From a virus, in IMG/VR virus record IMGVR_UViG_3300045988_168552: DNA of 64,000 nucleotides. The stretch is one strand, 5' to 3'. The notes under the pieces are model-generated. The model was not told the DNA's origin. It worked only from the letters and a program-made list of their open reading frames with translations, and made no database searches. The translations under genes were made by a program, and so were the position numbers. Positions 43,749 to 50,985 of this stretch are shown in pieces (position 1 is the stretch's first letter; each line of letters starts with the position of its first letter).

Positions 43749-45050
43749 ATGATAACGAAATTCAATTTCAAGGATAAGACCATTAAGTCTTATGCCATCC
43801 GAAAGCTGACACCCTTCGAGTGTTTCCGACTCATGGGTGTGCGAGATGATGTGATCCGCACGATGCAGAGTACCAATGCCGAGGCAGCCGAGCGAGTAGC
43901 TGGCTATAAGAGCAAGGGAAAGGCAGAAGATATGGCAGTATCAGCCAGCCAGCAATACAAGCAGGCAGGCAACTCCATCGTGGTAGATGTACTTGCAGCC
44001 ATCTATCAGCAACTCTGGTACCCGAAAGAACCGAAGCGTGAGGCACAGACTTCTTTCTTTGCCGATTTCTTCCCAGAAGACCAACTTCCACCCTATCCGG
44101 TAGATAAGAACCACGGTGAAAAACTTATTCTCACCACCTTCTCCGGTTATGACTCGCAGCTCATGGCAGCCGATGTCCTCGCCCAGCAGCATCCTGATTT
44201 CCGTTGGACATGTGTAGGCTGGAGCGATATAGACAAATACGCCTGTCAGATGCACGACCTTATCTTTCCGCAGTTTGCTGACAAAGCCTTGGGCGATATA
44301 ACCAAAATCGACTGGCAGCAAGTAAAGAATAATGTGGGGGGCCAAGAAATCGACCTTTTCACCTATTCCTCACCTTGCCAGGATATATCGCAAGCCGGCA
44401 AGCAGATGGGTTTGAAGGAAGGCTCCGATACCCGTTCGGCATTATTGTGGCGAGTAGCCGATGCCGTGGAGGTATTGCGTCCGAAGTATCTGCTTCAGGA
44501 GAATGTGGCAGCCCTGGTAAGCGAGAAGTTTATGCCCGATTTTCAGAAGTGGCGTGATAAGCTCTCGTCTCTCGGCTACGTAAGCCGATGGGCAAGGCTC
44601 AATGCCAAAGACTATGGTGTTCCGCAGAACCGTGACCGTGTTTTCTGCCTCTCAATGAGAAAAGATGTAGCCTTCGATTACCAGTTTCCCGACCCTATTC
44701 CGCTGAAGAGAAAGTTGGAAGATGTGTTGCAGGAGGAAGTAGATACAAGGTTTTTCCTGAAAGATGAAGTCGTCAGCAAGTTCCTTCAGGCAAACGATAA
44801 AGACACCTGCGTCTTCCATCAGTTCGAGATAGATCCGAGTCATGAGAATGCGATGGCATTAAAAGCCATCCTCACCCTTTATATAGAAGAGGCGCATCTT
44901 TGGTATTACACTCCAAAAGAACTGCAGGAGAAGATTTCTTCCGCTCACGAAGACATCATCATGCCGCTGTTCAATGACTGGAAAGAGAACGGCAAGTTCG
45001 CAAATCCTAAGTTGGAAAATATGTATCATCAGTTTTTGAAGAAGAAATGA
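43749..45050 (+). CDS. DNA (cytosine-5) methyltransferase core, circularly permuted (motifs IX-X before I-VIII)
   Basis: 433 aa. N-terminus carries IRKLTPFECFRLMGV (IX) and QQYKQAGNSIVVDVL (X). These are followed by TFSGYDSQ (I), DLFTYSSPCQDISQAG (IV, catalytic PCQ), LLQENV (VI) and YGVPQNRDRVFCLS (VIII). Confidence 0.9.
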   Translation: MITKFNFKDKTIKSYAIRKLTPFECFRLMGVRDDVIRTMQSTNAEAAERVAGYKSKGKAEDMAVSASQQYKQAGNSIVVDVLAAIYQQLWYPKEPKREAQTSFFADFFPEDQLPPYPVDKNHGEKLILTTFSGYDSQLMAADVLAQQHPDFRWTCVGWSDIDKYACQMHDLIFPQFADKALGDITKIDWQQVKNNVGGQEIDLFTYSSPCQDISQAGKQMGLKEGSDTRSALLWRVADAVEVLRPKYLLQENVAALVSEKFMPDFQKWRDKLSSLGYVSRWARLNAKDYGVPQNRDRVFCLSMRKDVAFDYQFPDPIPLKRKLEDVLQEEVDTRFFLKDEVVSKFLQANDKDTCVFHQFEIDPSHENAMALKAILTLYIEEAHLWYYTPKELQEKISSAHEDIIMPLFNDWKENGKFANPKLENMYHQFLKKK

Positions 45051-45196
45051 TTTGTAATCGTTCTATCATCCTTGGCTTGTATAGCCCTTCCCAAAACGGC
45101 ATTGTCGTGCATCCGAAAGGCATTGCCATTTGCCTTACTGGTGGTGGCAAAGGGCACGATGTTGATAAACCGAAAATATTATTAGAGTATGAATAA
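45047..45196 (+). CDS. stand-alone C5-MTase TRD-like mini-protein 4
   Basis: 49 aa. QNGIVVHPKGIAICLTGGGKG parallels the M.HhaI-type QGeRIYs.rGIaiTLsayGGG. ATGA overlap upstream. Ends LEYE-TAA. Confidence 0.55.
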   Translation: MICNRSIILGLYSPSQNGIVVHPKGIAICLTGGGKGHDVDKPKILLEYE

Positions 45197-45341
45197 GGTT
45201 ATTCCTTTCGTAAAACGATTTAAGGAGTTATGCCCACGATTAGAAGGCTACTCCACCGCTCTATCATCGAGATATGATGGATGGGGTGGGCTGTACGACA
45301 ACCACGGGCAACATACAATGTTATTATTAAGATATGACTGA
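45189..45341 (+). CDS. TRD-array mini-protein 5
   Basis: 50 aa. Weakest TRD likeness. The ATG lies inside the TATGAATAA junction. Ends LLRYD-TGA, overlapping the next ATG. Confidence 0.4.
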   Translation: MNKVIPFVKRFKELCPRLEGYSTALSSRYDGWGGLYDNHGQHTMLLLRYD

Positions 45342-45504
45342 AAAGCATTATATCGGATGGTCCCGAGACCATAAAGGCAAGGTTCGCAATCGTCCACGCA
45401 AGGATATAGCGAATGCAGTAACCCAATTCAATAGCGGCGATAGCTATACCAATCAAGACGTTTTGGGTGATACGTCGCCTTATGTAATATATGAATATGA
45501 TTAA
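45334..45504 (+). CDS. stand-alone C5-MTase TRD-like mini-protein 6
   Basis: 56 aa. GWSRDHKGKV...DIANAVTQFNSGDSYTNQDV. Ends VIYEYD-TAA. Confidence 0.5.
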   Translation: MTEKHYIGWSRDHKGKVRNRPRKDIANAVTQFNSGDSYTNQDVLGDTSPYVIYEYD

Positions 45505-45673
45505 GATATTAGCCATTCACGAGGCGAGAACAGAGCACGCCAAGGAAGTACGCAAGCAGACCGGCACCAATGATTATCGGGATAAAGCCATCTTCTTCCG
45601 CGATAATCATTTGATGCAGTGCATTGGCACCTTCCATACGAAAGATAATCTTCTTGCCTTTAGTTATGAATAA
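45491..45673 (+). CDS. stand-alone C5-MTase TRD-like mini-protein 7
   Basis: 60 aa. RTEHAKEVRKQTG...CIGTFHTKDNLL. Ends FSYE-TAA. Confidence 0.55.
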   Translation: MNMIKILAIHEARTEHAKEVRKQTGTNDYRDKAIFFRDNHLMQCIGTFHTKDNLLAFSYE

Positions 45674-45676
45674 AAT

Positions 45677-45859
45677 ATGATTCAGCAAGCCATCATTACT
45701 CACTATCGAACTGAGGAAGCGAAGGCTTATCGCAAGATACACGGCGACAGAGGCGGTTGTCGTTATCAGGATAAGTATCATCGCCCAAGCCCTTACCCCT
45801 GGAGTAACTGCATTTCCACCGTAACAAAAGATAATCTTTTATGGCAACAATACGAATAA
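45677..45859 (+). CDS. stand-alone C5-MTase TRD-like mini-protein 8
   Basis: 60 aa. RTEEAKAYRKIHGD...SNCISTVTKDNLL. Paralog of mini-protein 7. Ends QQYE-TAA. Confidence 0.55.
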   Translation: MIQQAIITHYRTEEAKAYRKIHGDRGGCRYQDKYHRPSPYPWSNCISTVTKDNLLWQQYE

Positions 45860-45999
45860 GAACCTGCGCAAGCAGAGGCAGAGCCGATGGAGATTGGTAT
45901 TCCAACCCTCACTCTGAAAGGCTCGAAATCGGAGACTGCATCAGTAACGCTATTTCCTCTATCGCCAAGGATTTTATGATCATTATCAATTATGAATAA
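45841..45999 (+). CDS. stand-alone C5-MTase TRD-like mini-protein 9
   Basis: 52 aa. ASRGRADGD...ERLEIGDCISNAISSIAKDFMII resembles RGR...QrLE.r.dg.sNtlTsv.KDnlv. Ends INYE-TAA in TATGAATAA. Confidence 0.55.
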   Translation: MATIRIRTCASRGRADGDWYSNPHSERLEIGDCISNAISSIAKDFMIIINYE

Positions 46000-46011
46000 G
46001 AAGAGGAGCAT

Positions 46012-46036
46012 CTGTTCCCAGCGATTCTATCGCTGG
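46012..46036 (+). repeat. conserved hairpin element, copy 8
   Basis: CTGTTCCCAGCGATTCTATCGCTGG, in the leader upstream of ATG 46176. Confidence 0.85.
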
Positions 46037-46175
46037 TTCCCTCCCTTCTTTGTCCCCACCAAAGCCATAAAAATCCCTAACTTTACACTCAGAAACAAGA
46101 GAAATAGGCGCGCGTATATCGCCGCCCTTCTCTCTTCCATCACATTCAGGATAACATATAAAAAGAAACGCAAAA

Positions 46176-47993
46176 ATGGCAAGCAAAAACAAAAACAGAG
46201 TAACCAACCTGCAGCAGCTCCAAAATCGTAGTGAGGAACTGAAAGATGCAGGCTATGTAGCCGTTCGGCCAGATGCTTTTACGTCGCCTAAGAACGGCGG
46301 CAATAAGGTCTTTTCCTGGAACGACTACGTTCACGGCATGCTCCTAACCACAGCCGGTATGTCGGCAAGCGGTGGCGACGCAGGCGGTTCCGCAGCACGT
46401 CAGCAAGTCTCCACTATCTTTGCATCAAGCGGCGGCGAGAACCTGGGCAAACCGAAGGACGTAGGTACCGAAGGCTTAGGCTTTATGGAATGGGGTATGG
46501 CCAACCGACTGCCAAACCTTATCTGGATGCTCTCCCGTATGTCGCCTTTCACGGCAGCAGGAGTAGATTACATCAAGAAGATACTGGTAGGTCGTGGTCC
46601 CGCAGCCAAGTATCATTACACTCAGTACGTAGGCGGGAATATCACGGAGAAATATATCCCCTACGAGAGCGCAGGAGTCCTGCTCCGTGGTCAGATAGCT
46701 GACCTGAAAGCCAAGGAAGAGGCAGCCGCCGAAGCCAAGCGTCAGAACGAGCAGCAGAGCCAGAACGGGCAGTCTCAGCAGTCAGAGTCTCCGTTCCCTG
46801 CGGTTCAATCGCAGGTCTTATCCTCCGATGAAGAGGAAAGCGAGGAGATGAAATCTCTGAAAGAAGCCCTCCACAAATGGGAAGAAACCAATGCGCAGCT
46901 TCGTGATTTCCTGGAAAACAATGACCTGATGCAGACCTTCCTCGATTTGGCAGGCGATATGGCTCTGATGTCTCAGTGCTTTGTAGAACTCCAGCTCAAT
47001 CAGCGTTCCCTCGACGAGAACGGCAAAGCTGTTCCTACTGCCCAATGGACCCCGAAGGTAATCGGTCTGAAGCATCGCAGCATCTTCACCACCCGACTGG
47101 AGCGCATGGACGAGAACTACCGCATCAACTATGCCTACGTGAGCAATCAATGGCTCGACCCTACACAATACGTCGGCGTGCAGAAAGAGGAAGACCGCAA
47201 GATAGCGGCTATCCCCTATCTCCCTACCACATCAGCCGTGAAGGATTTGCAGCGCAATATCCGTGAGGCACGTCAGAAGCAGGTAAGCCGCAAGAAACGC
47301 CCTACCCGCTTCATCATGTCGCCAAGAGATTTCGGTGGTCCGTACTATGCCGATGCCCTTTGGCACTCCATCTTTGCCGGCAGCATCTTCGAGTATGCCT
47401 TCACCATCGTAGATGACCGCCTCACCCGAAAGCGCAACAGCAATATCATCGGTAGAGTTATCTATATCCATCAGGACTATATCAGCAGGCTCTATCAGCA
47501 ACAGGGCGAGCAGAAAAAGAAGACCTACGGCGAGATTCAGAATGAAATCTTTACTTCTATCAATACATGGCTCGCCAATCCCGATAATGCAGGTCAGGCG
47601 CTCATTTCCTCTGCCTTCACGGGCAGCGATGGAAACGAGCACAAGGCTTGGGAAATCGTGGAAATCGAAACCAAGGCAAATGATCAGGCAAATGCCGATA
47701 AGACCGAGCTGCAGGAAATAAGTAGTATCATCTTCTTTGCCATGGGTCTTGATGCCAAGCTCATCGGTAATACTCCTGGCGATACGGCATCATCGGGCGG
47801 TACCGACCTGAGAGAACGTTTCCTGGTAAAGCAAATCCAGTTTGCCCCATTGCAGCAGTTGATGATACGCCCACTGGAAGTTTTGAGCCGCTTCAACGAT
47901 TGGGATGAGCATCTGGTATGGCAGATAGACAGAGAGGTATTGACTACCCTCGATAACTCGAAGACCGGAGTGGCAAAACAAGAGACCTCTTAA
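46176..47993 (+). CDS. portal protein candidate
   Basis: 605 aa, a size typical of portals. Sits behind a hairpin element and ahead of structural genes. The N-terminal FMEWGMANRLPNLIW segment is portal-like by eye only. Confidence 0.5.
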   Translation: MASKNKNRVTNLQQLQNRSEELKDAGYVAVRPDAFTSPKNGGNKVFSWNDYVHGMLLTTAGMSASGGDAGGSAARQQVSTIFASSGGENLGKPKDVGTEGLGFMEWGMANRLPNLIWMLSRMSPFTAAGVDYIKKILVGRGPAAKYHYTQYVGGNITEKYIPYESAGVLLRGQIADLKAKEEAAAEAKRQNEQQSQNGQSQQSESPFPAVQSQVLSSDEEESEEMKSLKEALHKWEETNAQLRDFLENNDLMQTFLDLAGDMALMSQCFVELQLNQRSLDENGKAVPTAQWTPKVIGLKHRSIFTTRLERMDENYRINYAYVSNQWLDPTQYVGVQKEEDRKIAAIPYLPTTSAVKDLQRNIREARQKQVSRKKRPTRFIMSPRDFGGPYYADALWHSIFAGSIFEYAFTIVDDRLTRKRNSNIIGRVIYIHQDYISRLYQQQGEQKKKTYGEIQNEIFTSINTWLANPDNAGQALISSAFTGSDGNEHKAWEIVEIETKANDQANADKTELQEISSIIFFAMGLDAKLIGNTPGDTASSGGTDLRERFLVKQIQFAPLQQLMIRPLEVLSRFNDWDEHLVWQIDREVLTTLDNSKTGVAKQETS

Positions 47994-48027
47994 AAGTAAA
48001 AAAGTAAAAAGGTAAAAAAATAAGGAT

Positions 48028-49143
48028 ATGATACTCTTTACGAATCAAGAACTTAGGCTTCACCTCCCCAGCAATGCCGTGGACGAGGTAGCCAATCTGC
48101 AGGGTATGCTCGACAATAGCGAAAAGGACTTCTTGAAGCCTCGCCTGGGAGCATCCCTATACGACCGTCTCTGCAAGCAGTATGCAAGCATAGAACCCTT
48201 AATATTCTGCGATGCGGTTGCTGATGGTACCTACGTCAACGACCCATGGAATGAGCTTCTGCTTTATGCGCAGCGCATGATTGTGAATGATGCGATGGCG
48301 CAAAACATCGAGAAGCAAGCACTTTCTGTGAATGGCTCCGGCATCAACGTAGCTTCCAGCAACGACTATGCCGTAGCCACCGACAAGCAGATAGCGCAGG
48401 GCAAGGAAAGCTACCGCCAGTCGGCCATGACCTCGCTCAATAACCTGCTTTCCCTCTTGGAGGGATGGGCAAAGGAAGTGAATACTCCTATGCCTATCGA
48501 GGCATCGGGCGATGGTACAGAAGGAACAGATGAAGGAACCGATAGCGGCAAAGATGATGCAGACGAAGCCGAGAAGAAACGGCATGAAGCGATAGAGGAA
48601 ATCGTAACCCTTTGGCAGGAGAGTAAGTACTATTACTACCATCGAGATCTGCTTTTCCCTACCTGCGAGTCTTTGCAGCCGTATCTCGATATTTACGGCA
48701 ACAGAGATAAGTTTGTGCGTCTCATCCCTGATATGCTTTTCATCCAGAGTGAGTATCTGGAAGAAGCATTTGGCGAAGATTTCATCCCTCGCCTCTTGCA
48801 GGCTGATGAGAACGACAAGATGCTGAAGAAGGCGCGTCAGCTTGTAGCCGCCTATCTCAAGGAACGTACATCAGTTATCAGTTTCGATAAGCTTACCCGC
48901 TCCACAGCGCACAATGATGCCATTACCGTAAGGGAAAGCATTCATCGGTTGCTGAAGAAAGAGGAAGTCGAAGCGCAAGCGAAACTCGATGCAGCCAAAG
49001 CTGATAGCGCCACAGAAGGCGGCTCCTCCTCATCGACGAGTAACGCCTCCAGTGCTTCATCATCGAATGACAAGGATGGCAGCGAAGGCTACGACAACAA
49101 CCAAAAAGGTTCTCGTATCTTCGTAACCCCTATTCTGTGCTAA
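48028..49143 (+). CDS. hypothetical structural protein
   Basis: 371 aa. Acidic and Ser-rich internal and C-terminal low-complexity regions. Confidence 0.6.
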   Translation: MILFTNQELRLHLPSNAVDEVANLQGMLDNSEKDFLKPRLGASLYDRLCKQYASIEPLIFCDAVADGTYVNDPWNELLLYAQRMIVNDAMAQNIEKQALSVNGSGINVASSNDYAVATDKQIAQGKESYRQSAMTSLNNLLSLLEGWAKEVNTPMPIEASGDGTEGTDEGTDSGKDDADEAEKKRHEAIEEIVTLWQESKYYYYHRDLLFPTCESLQPYLDIYGNRDKFVRLIPDMLFIQSEYLEEAFGEDFIPRLLQADENDKMLKKARQLVAAYLKERTSVISFDKLTRSTAHNDAITVRESIHRLLKKEEVEAQAKLDAAKADSATEGGSSSSTSNASSASSSNDKDGSEGYDNNQKGSRIFVTPILC

Positions 49144-49185
49144 AAATATTCGTAATTTTCAAATAAACAACAAAAACAAGGATTT

Positions 49186-50301
49186 ATGGAAAATTTATCA
49201 TTACAGGAAATCATCAACATTTTGAAACCTGCCATCGGTGCAAGAATGCTTACCCAGGAGCAGAAAGATGCCTATGAGCAGGGATTGTCTCTCCTGGAAG
49301 GTGCAAGTAATGCACGCTCGTTTATCGAGAACTCACGTAAGTTTAAAGACTATCATCGCCGTACCCGACAGATGATCGCCTATCTGAATAGCTACAGCAG
49401 CTCTCAAGCCAACGCTGCATCATCATCTGCTGCCGACAAGCGACGTGTAGGTCGCCCAACCAAACAGGAACAGGAAGCCTATGCCGAACTTCAGAAAAAG
49501 AAAGCCATGGAAGAGGCGAAGCAGTCTCTCTTTCCTAATCTGAAGCCCGACACCACCGTGCAGCCGCTTACCTATAATGGTATCGTAGCCAACCCTAACG
49601 GCGAAAGTATCGCTGCTACCATGCCCAACCTGATGCAGTTGCGTCCGTTCCTCTCTACTGCCCTTCAGGAGCAGGTGAACACCGTGCGTGACCTTCGTAG
49701 CGAGATGGCAAGCAAGGCAGAGCAGGCGAAGACCATGGCAGAAGCCAACGAGAAAGCTATCTCGCAGGGTAAAAGCGCCATCTATACCGAGGATGAGATT
49801 GCCGAACTAGCCACAAGAGCCGTAGAAATCGAAAGCGATATTCTTCCGGAAATCTTTAAGGCTGTAGATAGAGAGATGGGCGAATGCTATCTGAGACTGA
49901 GCGAGAAGACTGGAGACCCTGAATACATCGCTTACGCAAAGAAGGCCTTCACCATCGACCCTCAGACTCTCCGCACTCAGTTTAAGCCATTCTATGAAAA
50001 GGCATTAGCACGCGACCCTCTTTTTGCCGAGCAGGTAGCCGAGAAGATTGCCAATGACCGCCCAGAAGTAAAGGCAGCTCGTGATGCAGCCGCCAAGCAC
50101 AAGGCTGAAGCCGATGCTCGGATCAAGTATATCCTTCGTAAGGATAAGCTATCTACTCAAACGAGAGTGAAAGGCATCAAGGAGCGCATAGACCAACTTC
50201 GCCAGGATTACTCTGACATCGTGACCGAAGAGGAGCTTTCCGGCTATGAAGCTATTCTCACAAAAACTATAGAAGAAGCCAAAGAGGATTCCGAAGCATA
50301 A
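49186..50301 (+). CDS. hypothetical structural protein
   Basis: 371 aa, helical, Ala/Glu/Lys-rich. Confidence 0.6.
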   Translation: MENLSLQEIINILKPAIGARMLTQEQKDAYEQGLSLLEGASNARSFIENSRKFKDYHRRTRQMIAYLNSYSSSQANAASSSAADKRRVGRPTKQEQEAYAELQKKKAMEEAKQSLFPNLKPDTTVQPLTYNGIVANPNGESIAATMPNLMQLRPFLSTALQEQVNTVRDLRSEMASKAEQAKTMAEANEKAISQGKSAIYTEDEIAELATRAVEIESDILPEIFKAVDREMGECYLRLSEKTGDPEYIAYAKKAFTIDPQTLRTQFKPFYEKALARDPLFAEQVAEKIANDRPEVKAARDAAAKHKAEADARIKYILRKDKLSTQTRVKGIKERIDQLRQDYSDIVTEEELSGYEAILTKTIEEAKEDSEA

Positions 50302-50307
50302 AAAAAA

Positions 50308-50961
50308 ATGACAAAGAATAAAGAAACCCCCGAACAGCGCACGCAGCGTTTCAAGACCCTTTGCGTTAATATCCTCGCCCAGAGCGGCAACTGCCAGGAA
50401 TCCCAGCATACTTTCAAGAGCACGCAGAGCATTCCCGAAATGTGCGAGGCATGGCGCAAGTACTGGCACGGCTTAATCACCGAGGTACCGCAGCAGGTAA
50501 TCGATGCTTTCAAAGCCGTATATCCGGAATTTAAGGCTGATATAAACCAGGGTGGTATCTTCTATAACGAAGATTCGCCTACCGGTACCGTCCTTGTGGG
50601 TGATACAGACGAGGAAATCCACCTCTACTCTTCCCGAAAGATATACGTCCTCGGCAAGGCGCACGTCATTCTCCATAATGCGGCTACCGCCCTCGTGATG
50701 AATGAAGGCTGTAAGATAGAGTTATTGGATGGCAGCAAGGCAACCATCAAGGCAGGTTACGGAATCGCCCGGAATTATGCCCATCTGGTAACTTGCCAGG
50801 AAGCGGAATGCTACGACCAGAGTGTAGCCTTCATTACCGATGGCACCCTTCACGACCATGGGCATCAGAAGATCAATGCCTTTGGTACGGCAATGATCGA
50901 CACCTTTACCCATCGACTCATAGACCTCTATGATAGCGCCAGGATAGAAATCAGAAAGTAA
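50308..50961 (+). CDS. hypothetical protein
   Basis: 217-aa ORF. Confidence 0.6.
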   Translation: MTKNKETPEQRTQRFKTLCVNILAQSGNCQESQHTFKSTQSIPEMCEAWRKYWHGLITEVPQQVIDAFKAVYPEFKADINQGGIFYNEDSPTGTVLVGDTDEEIHLYSSRKIYVLGKAHVILHNAATALVMNEGCKIELLDGSKATIKAGYGIARNYAHLVTCQEAECYDQSVAFITDGTLHDHGHQKINAFGTAMIDTFTHRLIDLYDSARIEIRK

Positions 50962-50985
50962 ATATCAGAAAATAGAAATCAGAAA

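Noticed and set aside
43145-45999. Simple explanation of the TRD array as sequencing frameshifts in one long multispecific MTase gene.
   Set aside because: Not fully excluded. However, nine junctions each have a proper stop plus an ATG, five of them in the same TATGAATAA string and four more in close variants. The frames step regularly, and the catalytic core itself is permuted, which indel errors cannot produce. It is kept as a finding with this caveat.
4053-46036. Whether the repeated hairpin copies could be a CRISPR array or att sites.
   Set aside because: The copies are kilobases apart with genes between them. There is no regular repeat-spacer periodicity, no cas genes, and no integrase in the window.
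45992-46231. Track ORF 45992..46231 (MNKKRSICSQRFYRWF...).
   Set aside because: It starts in the terminal TATGAATAA junction of the TRD array and then reads through hairpin element copy 8 and the A-rich portal leader. It overlaps the portal candidate start and is most likely non-coding leader.
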